Positions 18,646-27,900 of a DNA stretch of 64,000 nucleotides are shown piece after piece (position 1 is the stretch's first letter; each line of letters begins with the position of its first letter). Both the position numbers and the translations under genes were made by a program. Under the pieces are notes generated by a model. That model ran no database searches, was not told the origin of the DNA, and saw only the letters and a program-made list of their open reading frames with translations. The stretch comes from an uncultured Candidatus Saccharibacteria bacterium (GTDB lineage Bacteria; Patescibacteriota; Minisyncoccia; Phycocordibacterales; JACOZG01), in the NCBI GenBank assembly GCA_964648765.1, contig CAZYLF010000002.1, forward strand, positions 3,537-67,536, written 5' to 3'.

Positions 18646-18676
18646 AAAAAGCCCCCACTTTTAGGACAGTGGGGGC
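18646..18676 (-). terminator. intrinsic terminator
   Basis: GCCCCCACT..AGTGGGGGC with T-run on the minus strand. Confidence 0.75.
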
Positions 18677-18698
18677 AAAATGACTTTGTGGGTCATTT

Positions 18699-20231
18699 TT
18701 ACCTAATTCGACGCGTTTTTTTGTACTCTGCAGCTCTCATGATCACTCCAAAAACCAAATCACCCAAAGAGTGGAGCATGCCGGGAATAACAATGGCGTT
18801 GGGATTTTCAGGAGTCTCAACTACACACCCAAATCCAAAGTAACCACGACTCAACCGTTCAGGTTTACGAGGATCAAATTCGTTTGACGCAAATTCGCCA
18901 TCGTAATCAAACAAGGCACATGCCTTTTTTGTGTCGTACGAACAACCCATCATCTCCATGGTTTCTTTGGAATGTTGGTAACCAATCAAGGTCATGATTC
19001 GATCGTACGGGAGCTGATCGAGAAATTTACCCTTTGGACCGAAAATTTGGATCACACCGCCATCAACTTCCCAGTGCTTCACATTGGAGATAATTTTACC
19101 TCCATATAATGCTCGGAAATAGTCATGACGGTATTCTGGCAAATCACCTTGATAATCAACCAAGTTCGGCCGAGATAAATCTCTGAATACCCGATAAACC
19201 CTTTCTCCACTCTCGACATAAGAATTTGGATTGAAAGTCGCCGCCTCGGGGTAATGAGTAAGGATTCGATAATCAACCTCATATCCATTGTCGATAAGTT
19301 TGTGAATCTGGTGGATCATTTCAGCGGTCGAGTTACCAAGACCGATAAGAATGAATCGCTTCCCCTTTGCCTCAGCTGGCCGGAGGAAATACTGCCACCG
19401 TGCACCCGCTTCACTCACCTTTGCAGTAGTAGTCATCCGTAAAGGATCGGAGATCGGTTTGGGTTTACCCATTCCAATCGCATTTATCACAATCGGATAT
19501 GTTGCCGTTTTACCACCCGCAAAACTCAGTAAATGCTTTAGCTTACCCGGCTTAATTCCAGTAACATTCTCAGTCACTGTTTTAAGGGTAGCCAAGTTAT
19601 CCAGAAAAATCCGCACCTCATCCCCATCTCCAGGTGCAGGCTCAAGGACATCCCCGAAAAACTGTAACCGTCGGGGATTATTGCGTGACAATCCATGGAC
19701 ATTATCTTGTGCCCAGATTCCTAATGGCCTACTCTTCTCATAAACCGTGATCTTTTCAAAGCCAACTCTTTGAAGTGCGGCTGAAACAAGGATCCCGGCT
19801 GCCCCATAACCAATTACGGCGACAGGAACACTTCTGAGTGATTGGGGTATACGGACATCGGTAAAGTAAACGCCTGACGCCCCCTCACCAATAAAATTGT
19901 TACCCTCAGCAATCCCGCTACTCGCAAGGGCTTTGCCAATACGACCATTTTCTTCATGTGATCCGTTATACGGAGAAGTCTCGGCGGGTTGTATGTGGGG
20001 GAGAGCCAAAGCATAGTTGTCGATTAACCCGGTATCAGCGTTTGGTTGACGCAATACCAGATTCAACAGTGCGTTGCCAAAAAATCCCTGCTCAGCCAAT
20101 TTGTTAATAGCTGACAAATCAAAACCCTTGTCTTCAATAAACCTCCGAAGTAAACCCAAATCAAGCTGATCTGGCCTTCTAGCACCGAACATCTTTAATA
20201 GTTCAGCTGCTGTAGCTTTGGGGGTAGACAT
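18699..20231 (-). CDS. two-dinucleotide flavoprotein (FMO/N-hydroxylase-like) with N-terminal extension
   Basis: VAVIGYGAAG..VYEK (FAD) and ILIGLGNSTAE (NAD(P)H) Rossmann motifs. Confidence 0.75.
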   Translation of the reverse strand: MSTPKATAAELLKMFGARRPDQLDLGLLRRFIEDKGFDLSAINKLAEQGFFGNALLNLVLRQPNADTGLIDNYALALPHIQPAETSPYNGSHEENGRIGKALASSGIAEGNNFIGEGASGVYFTDVRIPQSLRSVPVAVIGYGAAGILVSAALQRVGFEKITVYEKSRPLGIWAQDNVHGLSRNNPRRLQFFGDVLEPAPGDGDEVRIFLDNLATLKTVTENVTGIKPGKLKHLLSFAGGKTATYPIVINAIGMGKPKPISDPLRMTTTAKVSEAGARWQYFLRPAEAKGKRFILIGLGNSTAEMIHQIHKLIDNGYEVDYRILTHYPEAATFNPNSYVESGERVYRVFRDLSRPNLVDYQGDLPEYRHDYFRALYGGKIISNVKHWEVDGGVIQIFGPKGKFLDQLPYDRIMTLIGYQHSKETMEMMGCSYDTKKACALFDYDGEFASNEFDPRKPERLSRGYFGFGCVVETPENPNAIVIPGMLHSLGDLVFGVIMRAAEYKKTRRIR

Positions 20232-20281
20232 GGCATTTCCTCCTTTTTGACTTTATGACCTTGTTACGCTTAAGTGATGTT

Positions 20282-20530
20282 TCAGTTCAGAACTTTAACA
20301 TCAACAGCCCGAAGAAGACGGTTACCATTGGACACATCAAGTGAACCAATTAAAAAATCAACATTCAAACCCCTAGCAAGAGTTACGTCATCATGCGAAG
20401 ACGCAACAACAAACTTTAGCCTATCATACGAGCTGGCTTGATCTTTTACTCGCACAGTCCAATATCCTTTCTCTTTTTGGCCAGTATATCCAACCACAAA
20501 ACCTGTGTGTCGGCGGTTCTCCTCCACCAT
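20282..20530 (-). CDS. small OB-fold-like hypothetical protein
   Basis: AAGGAGG SD; TGFVV..KGYW..VDF..RAVDV resembles cold-shock/OB topology. Confidence 0.6.
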   Translation of the reverse strand: MVEENRRHTGFVVGYTGQKEKGYWTVRVKDQASSYDRLKFVVASSHDDVTLARGLNVDFLIGSLDVSNGNRLLRAVDVKVLN

Positions 20531-20637
20531 TATTCACCTCCTTTCTTGTTTAAGAACAACCTCTTTTATTCATGCATAATTTACCAATTTTGTCAATATG
20601 TAACTTAGAACAAAATCTCACTTGAGATGAGATAGCT

Positions 20638-20728
20638 GGTGGCTACAGCATCGCTTAAACTGTAAACAAAGTTCTTTAAGAAAAAACAATCCCGCGTTTG
20701 GAGTAATCCAAACGCGGGATTTTATTTT
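20638..20728 (+). repeat. direct repeat copy 2: orphan gene 3' end (GGYSIA*) plus terminator
   Basis: Matches 14814-14902. Confidence 0.9.
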
Positions 20729-20736
20729 ATCATTGG

Positions 20737-20931
20737 CTATTTCCAGTTCACCCACTTTTGGTACAACACCCCGGCAAGAAAGATTACTCCAGTGAGCGCT
20801 ACCCACATCTTTGTCCTCTCACCCTCCTGACCATAATTCACAGCGAAGACGATAAAGAAAATAAAGAGGAGCAACACCGCAATCAAATGTAACAATCTGT
20901 TTGCCTTACCTGGCTCTTTGATATCAATCAC
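20737..20931 (-). CDS. small 2-TM membrane protein
   Basis: AGGAG SD, GTG start, two hydrophobic helices. Confidence 0.6.
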   Translation of the reverse strand: MIDIKEPGKANRLLHLIAVLLLFIFFIVFAVNYGQEGERTKMWVALTGVIFLAGVLYQKWVNWK

Positions 20932-21111
20932 ATGCTATCTCCTAAAAATGTTACTCAAAGTTAACTATTTATAAATTAACACATTATGGCAAAAAAGCAA
21001 ATATTAATAAAACCATAGCAATTTTGAATTTTTTTTGTTACTATCACGCTTGATATTCTGAAAGATGAATATCATATTCCGGCGTGGCGCAGTGGTAGCG
21101 CAGTCGCCTGT

Positions 21112-21693
21112 GGACAGGTTCTTGGCTTACAGATGGTATACTCAACTGAGTTATGCCACGAAAAGAAACAAGAACCTATGCTGATCGAGCAGCCTATATG
21201 GTAAGGGCCGTTTCTTTAAGAAGAATTAAGTTAAGGAAAATGGCTCGAGAATACAAAGGTGGTAAATGTGAAATTTGCGGTTACTCTAGATGTGAGCGAG
21301 CGCTAAGTTTCCATCATCGAGATCCTAAAAAGAAATCCTTCGGGATATCAGACAGAGGTCTAACGTATTCTTGGCAGAGGATAAAAAACGAAATTGATAA
21401 GTGTGTCCTCCTCTGCGCTAATTGTCATATGGAATTGCACGACGGTTTTACGCAGCTTCCCGCTGTAAAGCGGGTTGAAAAATGAGGTGAATTCGGTGAA
21501 GTCCCATGTGGATAATACCGAGCCGAGCCCGCCAACATCCGAAAGGTTGTGGCGGGAAGGTGTAGAGACTATCTCGCAAGAGAGTACTTCTCGCTAAATA
21601 AAATTAACGAGACGGAAGCGCCTCACATCCCACTCACTGAAAAGTGAAGGATGATGATCTAGTCCATCCCTTTAAGCAATTAGAGGATAAATG
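21112..21693 (+). ncRNA. group I intron (582 nt) at tRNA position 35/36
   Basis: 5' exon ends in U and intron ends in G; P3 TGAGGTG/CGCCTCA, P7 AGAGACTA/TAGTCC, P4 TTCGGT/ACCGAG, GNRA-capped P2/P8/P9, IGS TTTACGCAG. Confidence 0.9.
21153..21485 (+). CDS. intron-encoded HNH homing endonuclease
   Basis: CEICG..FHHRDP..LLCANCHMELH; internal TGGTATACT -10 at 21134-21142. Confidence 0.88.
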   Translation: MPRKETRTYADRAAYMVRAVSLRRIKLRKMAREYKGGKCEICGYSRCERALSFHHRDPKKKSFGISDRGLTYSWQRIKNEIDKCVLLCANCHMELHDGFTQLPAVKRVEK

Positions 21694-21719
21694 TAAGCGA
21701 TTGGTCGTAGGTTCGAATC

Positions 21720-23357
21720 CTACCGCCGGAGCCTGACTGACAAAAGTGGCACATGATGCCACTTTTGTTGTATTTGGCCTGGCTTTTTAGAGGTTCGAGC
21801 GTGCTCTATTTCCTGCATAATAGCTTCTCGTGCTTTTATGAGGCTCAAAAAGAAAGAACTGTAGGAAAGCTGGATCTTTTTGTCGGAAATGGTGAGGTTC
21901 GAGCCAAGGCATGCGAGTATCGCTCTTTTGGTCTTTTCATCTCCATTTGCGTACCAAAGATGGGCGTAGCACGCAAAGTCAAAGGTTTGCTCTGATAGTT
22001 CTGCCCATTGTTCAACTGCCTTATTCTTAATCTTCAACTCGTCTTCAAGAAGGCCCTTCTTTCTGAGTAGGTCTGATTTTAAGGACTGATATTCCTGTTC
22101 GCCAATGATGGTTCGAGCCTTGTTGGATGGTGCGGTGAAGTTTAAGGTTAAAGACTGCAGCTGCTGCGTTACTTCTTCACACTCCTTGTGTTTGGTCCTT
22201 ATTGCAATTGAATCACTCTCGGCCTCAGTCTTGCGGACCTCATGAACATGGCGGACCGCCCAGTCACGATACTCTTCTGAAATTCTTATATCTTTAAGGA
22301 TCGCTCCAATCTGTAGATGTAGCAGTTTTACTTCTACATGCTTTTCAGTACAACCGGCATCATATCTCTTTTTGGTGCAGTTATAGTAGACATAATGATG
22401 GACGTTGCCGTTCTTGCATCGCTTTACTTTTGCTTGAGCTGTAATACTACAACCACAGGTGGCGCATTTCATAAGACCAGTAAAAGCAAACATTCGCTCC
22501 TCATGTCGTGGGCGTGGTTGATTGCTTCGGCCCATAATTTTTTGGACCCTATCAAATTCCTCTTTGGTAACCATTGGCTCATGCGCTCCTTTATTCCAAT
22601 TACCACTGTGTAGCGGAAACTCAAACCAACCGTAATAAAATGGATTCCCTAGGACTGCATAAATTGCTGATCGAGAAAGATGTTCGCCGCCAATGTTTCT
22701 ACGTGGGACCGTCCGGAGATTCAATTGCTTTCTTGAAATATTCCAAATCTGGGCCATTGAATAGTTGCCGGTAAGAGCAAGGTCAAAAAGTCTTCGGACC
22801 AAGGGAAACCTTTCAGGATCTCTTTCCAAAGTCTTATAACCCTTTTGCTTGTTTGGAGTATTGAGGTATCCGATTGGTGCGCCACTTGGCATCCAGCCAT
22901 CTCTCACTTTCTTTTGCAGACCTCGCTTCACATTCACTGATAGGTCTCGAATAAACTGGTTGGCCATTCCAAGTTCCACCTGCATCATGAGGACGTTGTC
23001 TGTCGGATAATAGGTTCGGCCGAAGGTGACGATCTGGGATATCGCACTCTGCTGCAACATCCAGCTTATCTGGCCACCATCGACAGGATTACGGGCTAGG
23101 CGGTCCAGTTTCCAGCACAGGATGCCATTGGCTTCGCCTTTATAGATTCTTTCAAGCATTGAGTTGAATACTTTCCTGCCTGGCTTCTTGGCTGATTGTG
23201 ATTCTTCAAGGATATCCAGGATTTGTAGACCTTGATCCTTTGCAATCTTCATAAGCTCGTCTTTCTGAGCATCTATGGACGCCGCTTGACGGTCTTCTGC
23301 CTCGCTGGATTTACGTGCGTAGAGGAAATATTTAATTGGTTGATTTGTCTGGTTCAT
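21720..23357 (-). CDS. large serine recombinase (resolvase, recombinase, zinc ribbon, coiled coil)
   Basis: YARKS catalytic Ser, LDRLARN, G.HEP.V..EEF, CATCG..YYNC..C. Confidence 0.95.
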   Translation of the reverse strand: MNQTNQPIKYFLYARKSSEAEDRQAASIDAQKDELMKIAKDQGLQILDILEESQSAKKPGRKVFNSMLERIYKGEANGILCWKLDRLARNPVDGGQISWMLQQSAISQIVTFGRTYYPTDNVLMMQVELGMANQFIRDLSVNVKRGLQKKVRDGWMPSGAPIGYLNTPNKQKGYKTLERDPERFPLVRRLFDLALTGNYSMAQIWNISRKQLNLRTVPRRNIGGEHLSRSAIYAVLGNPFYYGWFEFPLHSGNWNKGAHEPMVTKEEFDRVQKIMGRSNQPRPRHEERMFAFTGLMKCATCGCSITAQAKVKRCKNGNVHHYVYYNCTKKRYDAGCTEKHVEVKLLHLQIGAILKDIRISEEYRDWAVRHVHEVRKTEAESDSIAIRTKHKECEEVTQQLQSLTLNFTAPSNKARTIIGEQEYQSLKSDLLRKKGLLEDELKIKNKAVEQWAELSEQTFDFACYAHLWYANGDEKTKRAILACLGSNLTISDKKIQLSYSSFFLSLIKAREAIMQEIEHARTSKKPGQIQQKWHHVPLLSVRLRR

Positions 23358-24231
23358 TGTTTGTTTGTGTGTCAGATATGTGGGTCTCATTTACTGGCTC
23401 TGCCCATTTTTCGCCGTTTTTAAAGGGTGGTTCCGTAGTATCTGATTGGATACTACTGACTTCCCGTAAATTTCCCGTTATATCGGGAAAATTATCTCCG
23501 TTTTCTGTGGGTCTCACTACCTCACTTAAGGGTATGTTTCCTTCATAGGCTGTCTGGACGACATCATGCCCAGAAGGGTCTTGAATAGCAACTTCTAGTG
23601 GTAGCTGCCACTTATGCATTTTTCTTTTAAGAACATCTCCAATGCTAGTTAAAGAATTCGGGGATTTATTATTTTGGTTAGTTAGAGTATCTACGTTAAT
23701 ACTACGGTTCCTGCGTTTTCGGATACTACGGAGATGTATATCTGGATACTGCGCAACTGAATCTTTAAGTTTGAGACGCCCTTTAACATGGGCAATGCTT
23801 TTCCAAAAATCGACCGACTTAAAGTAGTACAGGTTCAGAGTTTTGAATCCACTCTTTGTCTGAACCACACCAAGGATGCTGCACTCAACAAGAAGCCGGA
23901 CCGCATTGGCAACATAGTTTCTATTCTTCTCCCCAGTTAAGTCTTGAATCGTGGTTAAGCTTGGCCAGGCGACTTGTGTCTGTGTATTTCCATGTTTCAA
24001 GATTGCGCAGTAAACAAGCGTGCAGAGCTTTGGCAACTTTTCCATATAGCCATGCTCTACAAATTCATTCTCCACGAAAAATCGAGTAGGCTTTCTCTTA
24101 CCGCGCAATAAGGACCGGTCAATCTGATTCTTCAGTTCCTCGATCTTCGCCTTGTGGTAGGCATGAGCTATCTCCACTTTCTTTTTCTTCGGGTCCAACC
24201 ACTCGAGGAAATACTTCTCGTTGTTGTTCAT
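23332..24231 (-). CDS. winged-HTH/replication-initiator-like protein
   Basis: LVYCAILKHGN..AWPSLTTIQDLTG..V..AV..L (phage Rep/HTH_36-like). Confidence 0.65.
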   Translation of the reverse strand: MNNNEKYFLEWLDPKKKKVEIAHAYHKAKIEELKNQIDRSLLRGKRKPTRFFVENEFVEHGYMEKLPKLCTLVYCAILKHGNTQTQVAWPSLTTIQDLTGEKNRNYVANAVRLLVECSILGVVQTKSGFKTLNLYYFKSVDFWKSIAHVKGRLKLKDSVAQYPDIHLRSIRKRRNRSINVDTLTNQNNKSPNSLTSIGDVLKRKMHKWQLPLEVAIQDPSGHDVVQTAYEGNIPLSEVVRPTENGDNFPDITGNLREVSSIQSDTTEPPFKNGEKWAEPVNETHISDTQTNNEPDKSTN

Positions 24232-24388
24232 ATTCTGTAAGCCACACCTTTTTCACAGGCCGATAGACAAGATCAAAGACCGTCAGGAGTTTGGTAGCTT
24301 CTTCAACAAGAATTTCATCTGATGGAACCTCGCCATGTTCCTGGCGATAGATCTCTCGATATTCATCTAGTGCTTGTTTACTTAGCAT
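24119..24388 (-). CDS. small element-associated protein, family B (copy 1)
   Basis: Similar to 33511-33735 (TKLLT..VY.P). Confidence 0.65.
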   Translation of the reverse strand: MLSKQALDEYREIYRQEHGEVPSDEILVEEATKLLTVFDLVYRPVKKVWLTEYEQQREVFPRVVGPEEKESGDSSCLPQGEDRGTEESD

Positions 24389-24433
24389 GATGGTGTAGTG
24401 TTTGGTTAATAATTTCGACCTTTAGTCTCTTCC

Positions 24434-24491
24434 AGAAATAGAAAGAGCTGAGTCCCAGTTGCAAGTGACTCAGCTCTTTCCATGCAACTGG
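24434..24491 (-). terminator. terminator with competing pairing (attenuator-like)
   Basis: 14-bp stem GAAAGAGCTGAGTC/GACTCAGCTCTTTC then TATTTCT; loop TGCAACTGG is complementary to upstream CCAGTTGCA. Confidence 0.6.
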
Positions 24492-24876
24492 ATGTTATGT
24501 ATCGTAGATCCTATTTCGTGCAAAATTGCGTGCATTACTTTGGGACCATCCGATTTGTCTATTCTGAGGCCCTATATTTTCCTAATTGCAGGAATTACTT
24601 CGGACCAAAGAACTATCTAATCCTAGTGCTTAAAAAAAGCAAAACATGGTGTATTACTTTTTATGGCTAGGATTATGGATTTATCCTAAGGTGTATAAAG
24701 TTCCTAACTGTAGGAATTACTCTTACCCCCCGAGGACTGTCTTAATCCTATTGTCTAAAAAGTGAAAAATGCGTTGCATTACTTTCATCTCCTCGGACAG
24801 TCATATCCTAAGAGCAAATGTAGTGCATTTCGGTGTGCATTACTTTTCCTTTAGGACCAGGTAAGTATGAGGTCCG
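24488..24876 (-). repeat. six-unit ~61-nt structured repeat array (putative ncRNA/leader)
   Basis: Plus-strand ATTACT at 24534, 24594, 24653, 24716, 24778, 24839 and (A/G)(T/C)CCTA at 24508, 24569, 24620, 24683, 24745, 24805. Confidence 0.8.
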
Positions 24877-24914
24877 AAGAAGTGCAAATTAGTGGGTATT
24901 GGCCGAGACAACGT

Positions 24915-24954
24915 AAAAAGCCCTGAATAGGCTTGGAAAAGCGTACACAGGGCT
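24915..24954 (-). terminator. terminator after avs4
   Basis: AGCCCTG..CAGGGCT followed by a T-run on the minus strand. Confidence 0.6.
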
Positions 24955-24975
24955 GTTTAGGGTCAAATTCGGTGT

Positions 24976-27900
24976 CTACAATATGTTCTCTCGCAATAAA
25001 TAAGCTATTACCGAAGCCTTTTCCAAGAGGAAATCCAAAATGATGAGAATCTGATTTTTTAACTGCGGATTAGTCTTGATCTTTTGCCGATTTTTAAGAA
25101 TGTAACTCCTCACAAGATTCTCCAGATAATAAACAGTGTTTACTTCTAGTTCCTTACGAGAAAGATCTGGATTCTTCTGTAGCAAATCACTAATCCAAGC
25201 AATACCCTCAGGAACAAAATTACTACCTATATCATTCAGAAGTTTTGTCAAAGCATACAAGACAGGGGTATTACCTCCCATATCTTCAGATACTTTCTTA
25301 AAGAAAGTCTTTTCTCTGTCTTTCAGAGAGCGCCATTCTTTCGCCCCTTTCTTCCATTGCAATGCTAGGAGGTATTTATGAACAACACTTTCAGCGTATC
25401 TAAGGTGATTTTCATCTGAGCATAGTTCCACAATCTTCGGATAGAAAACCTTCCAAACAGTCCAAAATTCTTCGTATTGATTTATAGAATCTTCCGCAAT
25501 AACAAACGCTTCTAGTACATCAGCCACAGCTTTCCTTCGCCTGAAATCACCAATGAGTTCCGTAAATGGCTTCACATACGTTTCAATTTCTTCTTTTGGA
25601 GAATAGAGGACAAAGTAAGCAAACTTATCTAAAAATCTATGTTCAAGCATATAGTCCAGACGCTCTTCCTTGTCCTCATTCTTAAATGCTTCTATGAGCA
25701 CAGGGCAAATTTCTCGTAAAAACTTCTTATGATTCTCGTCACTAGTTTTTAGCGGTACCAGCAGAAAAGCAGTTACGAGTATGCCGGGATCTATCTCTGC
25801 AACATTCTGTAGATCTGTATAAGAGAGTTGATTTGATAAGGCTTTATTGATCTGGGCTTTGCACTCTTTTTTAAAACGCTTTATGACAGAGATTGTAGAG
25901 AAGTCATATTTTTGTTTCTTTCGACTCTCTTCTCGAATAGACTCGCTTATTTCATCAAACTTAGGTTTAAGAAATAAGTACCCATGGAATATAGCTTTTG
26001 CATCCTCGGGACTTTCTGACCACAGATGTTGCAGAACTGCCGCGACCGCATAATCAGAGACTCGTTGGCTCATACCAATCGGATAGGAGTCGAAAAGAAC
26101 GAGAAGAAGTATCACTTTGATTTTTTCAGCATCCTTGGGAAACTTTTTGATCAATAGAGGAAGGACGTTAACTGATGCTTCTAATCCGTCGCCAACCTGA
26201 TATCGAAAACCTGCCTTCAAAGGCATAGATGCATAATCGAGTACTACTTTTTTACAAAACTCTGTATCCTTAGGAGACAGTTTGTCTGAGTAGTCTCGCA
26301 AAAGTACGGCACAGACATATGATGGAACTGACCGGTAGAATAATCTGAATTGACTCTCTTCGAGTTTATCTTTATCTAGCTGTTCCAGGATTGCTTTCGT
26401 TTCAGAAAGCGCGAGCACAGGATCATTTTCATATTGTGGGTAATTTTTTACTTCTTCCTTTCTTTCAAACTTATGACTCGACCATAATTGCAAAGGTGTA
26501 TATTTCAATGCTTCGGAACTTTTTGCCTGCGCTTCTTCACTGTGTTGTCTTAACTCTGGATCAATCTCAGGGTTGAAACTAATAAGAACTTGATCGTCTT
26601 TTTTCTCTGTAGTTATCTTCATTTTTCGACGATCCATTCTTGCCAAACAAAGTCTCCAGGTTTTATCACCATCAGTCTCTTTTGATTTGTTAGGTAGTTT
26701 TGCATAGTATTCATCAAGTATTTTCCATACCTCTTCCTGTCTAGTTTTAGACACTTCTTCCGCTTCGCCCTCATTCGCAAATAACTGATAGTTAAGTGCC
26801 TGATTTTCAAGTGAGTGATTACGATGCTTATCTTCACAAGTCTGCAGCCTCTCGTTCTTGAATAAGCCCATTGGATCATGGGCCATCGAGTAAGTGAACT
26901 TCGCACTACTCATATCGAGGTACATTCTTGAAGAATCAAAGAAAAAGAAATCCTTAGTTCTGAAAAGAATTTTTGCAATATTGAATAGCTTCGACGGTTC
27001 GGCAAGAACAGCGCTGACTACTACTGCAGTAATCGAGACGGATCGAGAATTTTTGATGAGATAAAGGCACCACTTCTCTACAACTTCAGGATCCCAGGTT
27101 TTTGCTATACCGAGCAACCAATGCTCCAGAGCCATATGAATAGATTCAAGTAATGGTGGAGCAACCTGCGTTCCCCGATATAAATTCCAAATTCTGTGAC
27201 AGGCATATTGTTTGATAGTTTGACCCGAAGCATCTACTACGACATCTATTTCTTCAGCTTCGTACTGCGCGAATTCTGATTTGGCAAAATACCCGATCGA
27301 CTTATTAGTAAATGCTAAAATAAAGTTGACCGTTTCCTGAGGGGCGACTTGCAACATCGTTCCTATTGGTGTCTGAAAAGCACTAGCTGGGTAATACTCA
27401 AGATGGCCCTCCGTGAGATCAAAGTATTGCTCTATGCCATTCCTGTAATCAGAATATGAATGCCTATCTTCACGAGGTTTATAAAACCAAAATAGATTTG
27501 CAAGTTTTATGATTTCTTTCGGAAGATGACGTGCAACTTCGGTGCTATTGATAATTGAAGAAAGCATCACTTTTACCAATTCGTAATATCGAGTTCGATG
27601 GGATGTATCCTGCGCGGCAATGACTCCATCTACAATTTCAGTCAACTCTTCTTTTATTTCCCCTGAGCCACTAAGAATAGTTCTGATGAGTTGCTCTTTG
27701 GAGCTATCACGAGAACTGAAGTAAAAATCATTCTTGGCTGTAAGGGTGTTGTAATAAAACAATGCAATCTGACTTGCTTCCTTAGTAGTTTCTCCTTGCT
27801 TATTACTTCGGTTCCAATCATCCAGTACTGGGAGGATGACATGCATATACATAAGTTGAAGCCTGTCCTTATGTTTGTTGACGAAAGCAATGGCAGAAGA

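Larger units (their letters stand above)
21078..21731 (+). tRNA. tRNA-Asn(GTT), intron-split (exons 21078-21111 and 21694-21731)
   Basis: TCCGGCG/CGCCGGA acceptor with G73; spliced anticodon arm GTCGC-CTGT|TAA-GCGAT; GGTTCGAATCC T-arm. Confidence 0.93.

Noticed and set aside
21106-21119. GCCTGT-GG-ACAGGT as the intron P1 helix
   Set aside because: Would need a 2-nt loop and gives no U-G pair at the splice site; the IGS at 21447-21455 fits better
21078-21731. tRNA-His(GTG) or tRNA-Tyr(GTA) readings from the unspliced halves
   Set aside because: Neither half completes a cloverleaf alone; U1-A72, G73 and the spliced 7-nt loop indicate Asn
24488-24876. CRISPR or TIGR array; also ORF 24482-24670
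   Set aside because: Conserved parts are only 4-6 nt, with no cas or Nop-domain gene nearby; the ORF has no SD and merely translates the repeats
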